Assembly: GCA_963815195.1 (NCBI GenBank) | Contig: CAWFGE010000012.1 | Coordinates: 352,001-416,000 of the forward strand | DNA: 64,000 bases | Origin: an uncultured Planctomycetaceae bacterium | GTDB lineage: Bacteria > Planctomycetota > Planctomycetia > Planctomycetales > Planctomycetaceae | Direction: 5' to 3' | Part shown: positions 45,558-55,935 of the stretch, in pieces | Layout of the letters: the number at the start of each line of letters is the position of its first letter | Position numbering within the stretch: position 1 is the first letter of the stretch | Notes under the pieces: generated by a model | Database searches by the model: none | Seen by the model: only the letters and a program-made list of their open reading frames with translations | Told to the model about the DNA's origin: nothing | Program-made: the position numbers and the translations under genes

Positions 45558-46753
45558 ATGCAACGTCCGCACTCCCCCGAAACGCCGTCCGCGCCCCCCG
45601 CTTCCGACAGCGGCGCGTCGCCGTTGTCAGCGATCGATGAGCCATACCGGCTCGAGCTGTTTCGCATGGCTCTTTTGAAAAACGCGCCGACGGCGTTTGT
45701 CACAATCGGGCTGGTGCTCGCGAATGTGCTGGTCTATGTGGCGATGGTCGCCAGCGGCGTTTCGCCCTTCAGCCCGGATGTGATGGACATGCTCCGCTGG
45801 GGGGCCGACTTCGGGCCGCGGACGCTGTCGGGCGAGACGTGGCGGCTCTTCACTTGCATGTTCGTGCATTTCGGGCGCTCCATCTGGGCATGAACATGAT
45901 GGCCTTGTGGAATTTGGGCCGGTTCGTCGAGCGGATGTTCGGGAACTATGGGTTTCTGCTGTTGTATTTGCTGTCGGGGTTGGCGGGCAGTTTTGCCAGC
46001 GTGCTTTGGAATCCCGGGGGCGTGAGTGCCGGGGCCTCGGGGGCGATCTTCGGCGTGGCCGGGGCGCTCCTCGCCGGGACTTGGAAACTCCGCCGCAGCA
46101 TGCCCCGCGTGTTCGTGAAGTCGGCGAAATGGCTCGCGGTCAACGTGCTCGTGTTGTTCGTCGTGTTCTCCGCAGTCAACCAGTTTCGCAGCATGATCGA
46201 CAACTCGGCCCATTTCGCCGGCTTTCTGACGGGCATGCTCTGCGGATTCGTTCTCGCCGAGCCGATCCCCAATCCGGGACGGTCGCATAAGCGATTGCGG
46301 TTGGGGCTGTTGACGGCGGTCGGCGCGGCGGGGCTCTTCGCGGCTTATCAATCCCTGCCCAGCCCGCCGGCCGACGTGGTTGCGCTGGAAGGTCATTATC
46401 GCCGCGTGGAGAAACAGGTGCTTCGCGACTGGCAGTCCGCCGAGGATCGCTTGCAGGCGGGGGCGATCACCGAGCAGGAATACGCGGACATTTTGGAGCA
46501 CAAGATTCTCCCGCCCTGGAAAAAGCTCCGCGAGGATTTGGTAGCGGCCGAAAACATTCCCAAGGATCAGCAGGAGTATGTGGCGGATTTGCGGAAAATC
46601 GTCCGGCTTCGGGAAGAGGGTTGGGAAAAACTCGCCCAAGCCATCCGCAAGAACGATCCCAAAAAATCGCAGGAAGCCAACCAGCTTCTTAACGAGGCCA
46701 CCGCCATCATCAAACGCCTCAATGTCGATCCGGGCGAGGCGGCGGACGAATGA
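45558..46753 (+). CDS. Rhomboid-family intramembrane serine protease with a C-terminal helical domain; frameshift near 45875
   Basis: WRLFTCMFVH, HLGMNM, GASGAIFG and DNSAHFAG. Confidence 0.9.
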
Positions 46754-46756
46754 TCG

Positions 46757-48076
46757 TTACCGGGCGGTTTCGGTGAACTTCACCCGGCTCAGGTCTTCGC
46801 CGCGGTTTTCCAGAAACTCCTGCCGGCCCGCGTCCGTCACGCCGGTAAAGCCCACGACGATTTCCTGAATCTTCGGCAGTTCCTGGAGCGTTTTCAGCCC
46901 CGCATCGGTGACTTGGGTCTTGGTGAGGTTGAGGTATTCCAGGTTCTTTAGCGGGGTGAGGTTCTTTAAGCCCTCGTCCGAAATGGACGTGGTTTCCAGG
47001 CTCAAGCGTTTGAGCTTCGTCAACTTGCCCAGGGATTTGGTGCACTCGTCCGTCACCTTGGAGGCCCAGAGGTCCAGGTCTTCCAGGTTCGAAAGGGCCG
47101 TGAGATGGAGGACACCTTCATCGCCGACGATCGTTTCGCTCAAATCGAGGCTCTTGAGTTTGGCCATGCCTTTGAGATGGGCGAGGCCCGCATCCTTCGT
47201 GGCGATTTGCCGGAGGTTCAATTCGATCATGTTGGTGAGGCCCGCGAGATGCGCGAGGCCTTCTTCCGTGATGAAATCCCGCCGCAGGAACAGCCGTTCC
47301 AGAGACTTCATGTCCTTGAGGTGCTCGAGGCCGGCATCGTCGATTTGGGTGTCGTCGAGTTCCAGATGTTTGAGGTTCGGAAACTTCTTGACCTGCTCGA
47401 GCGCCTCGTTGCCGAGGAACAAATTGTTGAGGTTCAGCTGCTTGAGGGCTTTGAGCTTCGTGAGCGGTTCCAAGCCCGCTGCGCTGATTTGGGTTTGCTG
47501 GAGCTTCAAATACTGGAGGTTTTTCATCTGGGCCACGTATTCGAGGCCGTCGTCCCCGATGTTCGTGAAGCGGACATCGAGGTCCTTGAGATTGGGCAGG
47601 TCTTTGAGAGACTTGAGGCCTTCGCTGGTGATGTCCGTCCGGCGGAGCGTGAGCGCCTCCAGCGACTTCATGCCCTGGAGTTGCTCGAGGCCTTTGTCCG
47701 TCGTCGAGGTGCTTTGCAGGCTGAGCACCTTCAGATTCGGCAGCGCTCGAATGTACTGAAACGCCTTGTCCGTGAAGTTCGGACCTTCGAGAAAGAGCCT
47801 TTCCACCTTGGGCGTCGATTTGAGAAGTTTCAAGTCGTCGTCGTTCCCCAAGTTCTTGACGAGATCGATGCGGATAATCTCCCCGGCCGCGTTCTGGTCG
47901 ACGGTGCCCTCGAGGTTTTCGATCTCCGTGAGGATCGCCGCGTTGTCGACTTTCGGCTTGGCGGCTTGGTTTTCCTTCGGGGGCTTGGGGCTTTCGGCGG
48001 ATTTTTGCGGGCTCTTCTCTTTTCCGCAGCCCAACAGCAAGAGGCAGGCGAGCAAAATCAAGGTGGGTCGCATCAT
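46757..48076 (-). CDS. Leucine-rich repeat lipoprotein
   Basis: Lipobox LLGC; about 14 24-residue LxxLxLxxTxITDxGLxxL repeats. Confidence 0.9.
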   Translation of the reverse strand: MMRPTLILLACLLLLGCGKEKSPQKSAESPKPPKENQAAKPKVDNAAILTEIENLEGTVDQNAAGEIIRIDLVKNLGNDDDLKLLKSTPKVERLFLEGPNFTDKAFQYIRALPNLKVLSLQSTSTTDKGLEQLQGMKSLEALTLRRTDITSEGLKSLKDLPNLKDLDVRFTNIGDDGLEYVAQMKNLQYLKLQQTQISAAGLEPLTKLKALKQLNLNNLFLGNEALEQVKKFPNLKHLELDDTQIDDAGLEHLKDMKSLERLFLRRDFITEEGLAHLAGLTNMIELNLRQIATKDAGLAHLKGMAKLKSLDLSETIVGDEGVLHLTALSNLEDLDLWASKVTDECTKSLGKLTKLKRLSLETTSISDEGLKNLTPLKNLEYLNLTKTQVTDAGLKTLQELPKIQEIVVGFTGVTDAGRQEFLENRGEDLSRVKFTETAR

Positions 48077-48350
48077 CGGACTATATCTCCTGAATCTTCG
48101 GCAGGAAGCGAATTGACAAAACAATGGGGACAACCGCAGGTTAATCATCCGGCAAAGCCGACGCAATTCCACGCGCCCATCGAATACCGCCCGGATGATG
48201 TCGGGATGCCGCGGCGGGCCGCTTTGGAAATCTTTTCCTTGACGGCGGAATCGAGCAGGCGTTTGGAGTATCATCAAAACGAATCGGGATGAAGCATTTG
48301 CCACGATGACGACGAGAAAGTTTTCGCGTTTGAAAGCCGAGTTTGCCGCC

Positions 48351-50380
48351 ATGACGAGATTCCACCGCATCGCGATTTTCCTGTTGGGGCTTTGGCTTGT
48401 GTGCTGTGGGGAAACCTGCGAGGCCCAGGACCCGATGCCGCCGGCCCAGCCCAGCGTGTTCGATCTGCCGCGGATTTACAGCCAGCAGATGGCGGCGCAT
48501 CGGCAAATGGCGCTCGTGCTCGTGGCGAAAGATGACGCCAAGGCGGAAGGCCTGTTGAAAGCCGCGATCGAACGGATCCCGCACGATGTGACCGCCCACT
48601 ACAACCTGGCGTGCGTCCTGGCCCGGGAAGAAAAAGCCGACGCCGCTTTCACCGAGTTGCGAAAAGCGGTGGAGTTGGGTTGGCGGGACGCAAAACATCT
48701 CGCCGCCGATCCCGATTTGGAATCCTTGAGAAAGGACGAGCGGTTCGCCGAGGCGGTGAAAGCGGCCGAAGGCGCCGCCGCCGAAAAACATGCCGGGCTG
48801 GAAGTTCACGGTCAAACCCGCCGAACCAGCGGGCGGCGAGGTTGTTGTCACGGAAGATTGCACGGCGTTCGATCCGAAGACCGGATTGCTGCGGGTGTTT
48901 TTCCGCGCCGGAGGCCGATGCGGATACGCCCATCGTCAAAGGCATGGGGGAAGCGGGGAAACTCTTGTTGAAGTGGGCCAAAGACGGCACCGCGGCGGGC
49001 AACTGGGGCGATTTCTACGACAACCACGACACCGACCATTCCAACATGAACTACGCCGCATTCCCCGGGCTCACGCGGATCGAGTACTCCGAAGCCGCCA
49101 AGAAGCGAGGACTGCACCACGGCTTGCAGGAGCGGTTTCTCTTCAATCAGGTGACGATCGGCAATTCCTCGACCGCCTTGGTCAGCGGGCCGGAGTGGCG
49201 CTGCCAGGGCCGATTTGCGATCACGCGGCCGAACGGCCCGCAGATTCTGGCTCTTCAGTATCTCAGCAATCAATTGTACTTTTACCCCGAGCATCGCGAT
49301 CACGATGCCGGGCACAACGGCAAAGACGGCGGCTACGGCGATGTATTCCCCGCGAACACGCCGTACCTGATTTTGTCGCAGGGTTCGTCCGGCTCCGACC
49401 GCGCGTTTATGAACGCCGTCGCGACGACGCTCGCCGCGTTTCGTCCCGAAGTGAAAGACAAACTCAAGAAGTCGGGCCTGTTGATGCCCGCCGTGCAAAT
49501 GATTTTCCGCATGAGCAACAACACCGTCTCCGAGCGGAGCGATTATCTCACCGGGAAAGCGCATCCCACGGTGTTCGACGGCAAGGACCTCAACGTGGTC
49601 AAGATGGTCGAATTGGCCCACGGCATCGAGCCGGAATTGCTGCCCCCGTTCTGCCAGATCTCCGTTGTGGAAGAAGATCTGGGACAAGTGGGCCGGGATT
49701 ATTTTGACGTCGCTCCGCGGGAAAAATTGTTCGACACGCCGTGCGCAGTGGCGCGGGTTGTCAAGTCCAGCCGCGACAGCAAGCGAATGCTGCTCTCGGC
49801 CGAGAACAGCCGCGACCTCCAGGGCAAACCGCTCAAGTATCATTGGAAAGTGCTCCGAGGCGATGCGGAGCGAATCACGATCCAACCCTTAAACAACGCC
49901 GGCTCGAAGGTGGAATTGATCGTGCCCTATCACACCCGGCAGCCGATTTCGCCGGGCAGTCCGATGGAATCCAACCGCGTGGACATCGGGGTGTTCGTGG
50001 AGAACGAAAAACATTTCTCCGCCCCGGCGTTTGTCAGCTTTTATTACCTCGACGACGAACTCCGCCGATACGACGACGAGCACCGCATCCAATCGATCGA
50101 CTACACGGCCGAGGAAGTCCGCAACAACTATGTCGATCCCTTCCTCGATTTTCCCAAAGATTGGCGGGACGACTACCACTACGACGCCCAGGGAAACTTG
50201 ACAGGATGGACCCGAACGCGGGGCGATGCCACCGAGGAGTTCACGGCGGAGGGGAAACGGATCCTCGAACGAGACGAGGACGGCCAACCCAAAAAAACCG
50301 CCGAGGTCCGCTACGTGCCCGAACGATTGCCCAACCGCAAGGTCCGGCTCAAACAAGAACCGCTCGAACCGCCCCGTTGA
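48351..50380 (+). CDS. Exported TPR-containing hypothetical protein; frameshifts near 48790 and 48905
   Basis: Signal peptide; AHYNLACVLA...AVELGW...DPDLESLR; long C-terminal region (GTAAGNWGDFYDNHDTDHS, YFYPEHRDHD). Confidence 0.7.
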
Positions 50381-50551
50381 GGGCCCGCGGCGGTTGAGCG
50401 TTCGTTTCTTCCCCGGCCGAAAAGGCAAAGGCAACCTTCACCGATTAAACCGCCGTCCCTTGAACAGAACCCGAATTGGCAAGGCATGGGAAACACTCTA
50501 TGATTTCAGGTGTGGAGTTCGAGGTGTTTCTCATCCGAGTTTTCAGGTGCC

Positions 50552-53099
50552 ATGAACGCGGAGCGGGTCTCCCTGGCAGACCTCTTGGGCATTGGGTTGC
50601 TCCGGCGGTTGGATCAGAATGAAGCGAAGTACTGCGCGGACATCGATGCTCCGCTCGCAGCGGAAGCGCCGCGCGATCACCGCGGGCACCTCAAAAACCC
50701 GACCCGCGTCCTCGCCAAACGGGCCGATCAAATCCTGCAAACCCGGCACGGCATCCAACCCCGCTGGGTCGGCGAAGTCGTCAACTGGCTGCGGGTGATC
50801 CGCGTTGTGGGCTACCTTTTCGTCTTGGGGATCGCCTTCGGCCTCGCGGAACCCTGGCTCCGCGAAGGCCAAGTCGTCAACGTCGAATGGATTTTCGGCT
50901 TCCTGGCGACGTTGGTCGTGTCCATGACCATCACCAGCCTATTGATGGTCACCGCCCTCTTCGCCAAGAGAAAAGGCGAAGACACGCCGGGCGAAACTCC
51001 GACCGGTGGAGGAGTCGCCAACACCTTCGCCAAATTGTTGATCGTGCATTGGCTGATGCAGTTCCTCTTCCGCCGGGCCGTGCCCTGGATCGAACGCCGA
51101 ATTCTCAACCGTTCCGGCGACAAGAGTCCCGAAGAGATCCGGCGAATCGAGAAAGTCACCGAGGCCCTTTACGACACGTTCTCGCAGCAATCCCGCCGCA
51201 TGGCCCTGGAAGCCGCCGCGACGAGCAACATGGTCTGGTTTCTGCTGAGCGTGGGCGTTTTGCTGTCGCTGGGAAAGATGGGGCTGTTTCGGGAATACGA
51301 TTTCCAATGGCAGGCGACGATTGTTTCCGAAGAGTTCATGCTGGACGCCACGCAGACAATGGCCCGGCCGATTCAAGGGCTGCCTCTGGTCAGTCAACCG
51401 ACCCCAGCCGATGTCCGCTGGCTCGCCACGCGGGAGTTGAGTGCAGGCGATGCGAACGCCCAAACCGCCGAGGAAGGCCATCAATATCACCGGCAACTCT
51501 GGGGCCGGCTGTTTCTGGCGTACCTCCTCTACTACGGCGTCTTTCCGCGGTTCGTCCTCGTGATCCTCTCCCGCTGGCTCGCGGCCCGGGGTTGGAAGGG
51601 ACTCAGGCCCAAGCTCAAAGATCCCTATTTCAAGACCATCATCGAAAACATCGAATCGCCGCCGTTCGAATCCAGCCAAGAGGAAGCCTCGGAACCGGAG
51701 GACGAAGAGATCGAAGGCGAGCGGGGCGGCGTCAGCCCCCCGGTCACTCCGAAGATCTCAACGCCCGTCGCCCAACCAGAACCGGCGGAATCGCGTTCGC
51801 TCGAGGAACTCCCCCTCGGCACAGAGACCGTCGTGTTTTCCTATGATGTTCCAGCCCCCGGCGAAGGTTGGCCGAAGTCCTTGTCGATGGACAAAAACGG
51901 CCACGTCATCGATCTGGGAAACGTCGGCGACCGCGCGGCCCGCAAGCGAATCACGGCCGAACTTAACGAGCGCCGAAACGACATCGGTCTGCTGGTGATC
52001 GTCGCGGATTCTTGTGGATAACCCCGACGGCCTGTTCGAGCATTTCGTGCGGGAAACGGTCGATCATCTCTTGCCAAGCGCCGGCCGGTCGTTGGTGTTG
52101 ATCGGCGGGGAACGTCTCCGCAATCGCTACGAAGGCAACGCCCAGAAGATTGCGCACCGGATCGATCTGTGGAAACAGATGGGGACTGCGTCGGGAATCG
52201 AGCGCGAGAAGATCGTGGAGTTCGACATCGAGCACGCCACGACCGCAGCCCGCGAACTGCTCCGCGCCCGCATGCAGGATTTCAAACCCAAAGCGGACGA
52301 GAAAGCGGAAAAGCCGGCCGCGTCCGGGGCGATTCAGTCCGCGGGGTTGTTCCGCAAGGCGACGTGCGTCGTCATCATGGGCCACATCAACGAGGCGACC
52401 GCGAACCAATCCCCGGACCAGCTTCGCGAAACGACGTTGGAGATTCATCATCAGCTCCGCAGCCTGTACCGCAAACAGGCCTCTGCATTGGAAAAGGCCT
52501 TCAAGAACGTCAACATCGACACCAACCGCATTCGCTCGGCCGTCTCGGAAACAGCCCATCAGGCCCACAGCCAATTCGACAAGCTCGAAGAGTTCTCGCG
52601 GATGACGGCCGTCGTTTCCCGGTACACCAAAGGGCTCAGCGGCAAATGGGCCGTCGGGGGCGGGTTGGTCTGCGCGCTAGGCAGCGGAGCGCTCGCGGCG
52701 CTCGCGGCTCCCGCGCTTCTGCCGGCGCTGATTCCCGCGGCCACGCTCGGGGCTCAGGCGGGGCTGTTGGGCGGCGTGCTCTCGGCGCATGCCCCGCATC
52801 TCGCCGCCAAGCTCCGACTCCGCCGGCCCAAGGCGGAAGGCGAAACAGCGACCGAAGAACCGCCGGAGCCGCTGCCGGAAGAGCAGTTCTCCCTGGATGA
52901 CCTCACCCGGTCCAGCACGCTCCTCGCGCTCATTTTGGAACTTCAGGGCAATTCGGAAGACCGCATCGCTGAGGCTTTGGAAACGATATTAGCCGATTTC
53001 TCCGACGAAGATTTACGAACCCCCGAAGCGGCGAGCGGTTGGCTGACCGCCGTCGCGGACCGCACCGAAACCTACCTGGCGGAGAACGCCGCGAATTGA
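50552..53099 (+). CDS. DUF2868-like membrane protein with a long C-terminal extension; frameshift near 52010
   Basis: Multiple TM segments; REYDFQWQATI and WGRLFLAYLLYYGVFPR. Removing one T restores LLVIVADLVDNPDG. Directly upstream of a DUF3482-type GTPase. Confidence 0.7.
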
Positions 53100-53114
53100 C
53101 TTGATCGCTCCCCG

Positions 53115-54602
53115 ATGACCACGCTTTCGCCCGTCGATTACAGTTTTCAGGACCTCGAAAAAATCAACGAGGATCCGATCGTCGTCACCGTGGCCGGCCA
53201 CGCCAACCACGGGAAGACGTCGATCATCCGCACCTTCACCCGCGACAACAAGTTCGGCGACGTCAGCGACGAGCCCGGCGTGACCAAGGACATCCGCTAC
53301 ACGAACTTCATCCTGCACGGCAAGACCTATCTCAAACTGTACGACACGCCGGGCTTTCAGTATTCGAGCCTCGCCATCGAGACCTGCGGCGAGACCTGCC
53401 AGATCGAAGACATCGAAAAATTCTTCCGCAGCAGCGAGGAATTCAAGCACGACCGCATGGCCCTCGAGCAGGTCCGCAAGAGCCACATCATTTTGTACGT
53501 GGTCGATGTGACCCAGCCGCCGACCGAACGGCTGCGGGATGATTTCCAGGTGCTGTCCAAGTCGATGATTCCCGTCTTGCCTTTGTTCAACTTCACCACG
53601 AACAAGTCGGCCAATCACGAGAAGGATTGGAAAGACGCCCTTCGCCGGTACAACTACCACGACTTCACCCGCTACGATGCCCACCACTTCAACCCCGCGC
53701 ACGAGCAGCAGTTGTATCAGCGAATGGTGGATAAGCTCGATCCGCAGACGCATACGCTCCAGCGGAAGTTTCTGGAATGGCGGATGCGCGACAGCCGTCG
53801 ACAGGAGCAGGAACTCGCCCGCCGCGGCCGAATGGTGATCTCTGAAATGCTGATCGATTGCGCGGCGTACCGCGAGACGGCCACGCACGTCACCAAGGAC
53901 AACCGCAAAGACGTGGAGCAGATCGTGCTCGACACGTTCCGCAAGCGGATCCAGGAGCGGGAGTTCCAAGCGTACGAGCAGCTCCTCGCGATCTATGCCA
54001 TCGACCGGAGCCGCTTGCATAACCAAGGCGACGCCGGGGAAGCGACGCCGATCTGGAACCGCGATCCCTTTGGACCGCAATCCCGGCGGGACTTCGGCGT
54101 CGGCGTGTCGGGCGGCGTGGTGAGCGGGGCGGTCACCGGCGGGACGATCGATGCCCTGGTCGGTGGAGCCTCTTTCATGGCCGGCGCGATGATCGGGGCG
54201 GTCGTCGGCGGCGTGACGGGCTTTTTCGGCGGGGCGCTGTTCAATCGGCAATACGACGCCGAGACGGGCGTGGTCTCGATTCAATCCGAGTCCAACATCT
54301 GGCGGATGCTCGCCGGGCGCGCGGTGGCCTTGTTCAACGACATCCGGCACTGCGGGGCGGCCAGCGAAGCGGAATTTGACGTTTCCACCAAGCCGCCGAC
54401 TTTTTCCAAGCGGCAATGGACGCAGCTCTTGCATATACTGGAAAGCGTCTCGCACGCCCCGCAACTCAGCCGAATCGGAACCGACTCGGCCCAGTTCGCG
54501 GTGGTGCCTGAAAAACTCCGCCGCCTCCGCGAGCAGAAACTCGGAGAACTCGACACCTGGGTGGACGCGGCGAGTGAAGACATCAAAACCGAACAGGCGT
54601 AG
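53115..54602 (+). CDS. TRAFAC GTPase with DUF3482-type C-terminal domain
   Basis: G1 GHANHGKTS, FGDVSDEPGVT, G3 DTPG, LYVVD and PLFNF; glycine zipper GGVVSGAVTGGTIDALVGGASFMAGAMIG. Confidence 0.85.
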   Translation: MTTLSPVDYSFQDLEKINEDPIVVTVAGHANHGKTSIIRTFTRDNKFGDVSDEPGVTKDIRYTNFILHGKTYLKLYDTPGFQYSSLAIETCGETCQIEDIEKFFRSSEEFKHDRMALEQVRKSHIILYVVDVTQPPTERLRDDFQVLSKSMIPVLPLFNFTTNKSANHEKDWKDALRRYNYHDFTRYDAHHFNPAHEQQLYQRMVDKLDPQTHTLQRKFLEWRMRDSRRQEQELARRGRMVISEMLIDCAAYRETATHVTKDNRKDVEQIVLDTFRKRIQEREFQAYEQLLAIYAIDRSRLHNQGDAGEATPIWNRDPFGPQSRRDFGVGVSGGVVSGAVTGGTIDALVGGASFMAGAMIGAVVGGVTGFFGGALFNRQYDAETGVVSIQSESNIWRMLAGRAVALFNDIRHCGAASEAEFDVSTKPPTFSKRQWTQLLHILESVSHAPQLSRIGTDSAQFAVVPEKLRRLREQKLGELDTWVDAASEDIKTEQA

Positions 54603-54644
54603 GGCTGGCTGTGCCGGCCGTCAATGGCTATTGGAGAAGGAAAA

Positions 54645-55796
54645 ATGATTAACTACTTTTTCGCCGTGCTATGCGCTGTTCCACCGACATTGCCAAGTCC
54701 GACGATAAGACACCTTAATGAAACGCCCACGTTATTGAAGTGCGTTCAGTCGCGCGAACCCCGAAGTGGATCAGCCTTAGAAGCCTTTTTTTCTGAAAAT
54801 CGGTTTGTCACCTTCAAATCCGACGAAATTCAAATTCGTGACCCACCTTCGCTGAAAATCGTGCGCAAACTGAATCTGAAGTCTTTAGGCTGGCAGTTTC
54901 TTGCCGCCCCAGATGAGACTCCCTGGGTGATATTTGCAGCTAACGAAAAATCCGATAAGAAAAAGATCCCTGATGAGATGCTTTACCTGGTCAACACAGA
55001 TTCGGGCGATGTCGTTGTTCGTTTCAGATGTGCGCCACTGCAAGATGGCCGCTTGACAGGCGATCACATTAACTTGGCAGGGGTGTGGAAAAAATGCCTG
55101 TGGGTCGAACTTTCCAAGATTGACGGTAAAGGGCTCGACAAAATAGTCTTTGGTCCAATCGAGAAAGGTGACTTGCACCCTCTTTTTGAAATGGAAGGGT
55201 TTCCGATTCCCGTGGGCTGTCTTTCCAATGGTGAGCTTGGAGTAATGCGAGGTGGTGAGCTTTTCTCTGTGAGCGATAACGGAAAAGTGACGAAGACCGG
55301 CATCGACAACGCCAATGCCGAGCGCCTTACTCTAAGCCACGACGGCCGTCGGTTAATCACCACGAGTACAAAATGGGGAGAGGGAAATACAAAATGGGGA
55401 GAGGGAAAGAATTGGGACGCCAAAGGATTGATCGACATCTATGATATCAAAACCAAGCAGCACATTATCCGCAAACAAATCGACTCATGTGTTTCATCGA
55501 TCCAGTTTGTCAGATTTGGCGGTAAAGAGTATGTCCTTTACACATCGAATCGCTACAAACCAGGCCCTGAATTTGAAGAAAATGGTAACTGTATTTACGA
55601 GGGTCGACTTACCCTGTGGGATTATGCAAATGACCGAGAAATCATGGTAAAGGATTTTCCACACAGTGTGCATCAAGTGCATCTGTCTTCGAATCAGGAG
55701 CATCTTTGCCTCGAAATTGGAGCAGCAGAGGGCACACCCTTGCAAGATACCTGGACGCGTTACCTCATTTGGTCTGTCAAACATGCGAAAAAGTGA
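54645..55796 (+). CDS. AT-rich orphan, probable beta-propeller (WD40-like) protein
   Basis: 383-aa ORF with GGAGAAGG RBS; LTLSHDGRRLIT, IDIYDI and LTLWDY; visibly lower GC than its flanks. Confidence 0.6.
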   Translation: MINYFFAVLCAVPPTLPSPTIRHLNETPTLLKCVQSREPRSGSALEAFFSENRFVTFKSDEIQIRDPPSLKIVRKLNLKSLGWQFLAAPDETPWVIFAANEKSDKKKIPDEMLYLVNTDSGDVVVRFRCAPLQDGRLTGDHINLAGVWKKCLWVELSKIDGKGLDKIVFGPIEKGDLHPLFEMEGFPIPVGCLSNGELGVMRGGELFSVSDNGKVTKTGIDNANAERLTLSHDGRRLITTSTKWGEGNTKWGEGKNWDAKGLIDIYDIKTKQHIIRKQIDSCVSSIQFVRFGGKEYVLYTSNRYKPGPEFEENGNCIYEGRLTLWDYANDREIMVKDFPHSVHQVHLSSNQEHLCLEIGAAEGTPLQDTWTRYLIWSVKHAKK

Positions 55797-55935
55797 GTAG
55801 CGGAGAAGAGGCCGTAGATTATCCTAAACCAAACCAGATCTGGCCGGGTCAGTTCTTCGAAAGCGTTTATCGCGAGATGGATTTCGCTCGTCAATGAAGC
55901 ATTTCCAGATCAATTCACTCCATTCGAGAGACCGT

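Noticed and set aside
50060..50380. RHS/YD-repeat toxin
   Set aside because: Only one or two YD-like segments (YHYDAQGNLTGW); no RHS core, toxin tip or adjacent immunity gene
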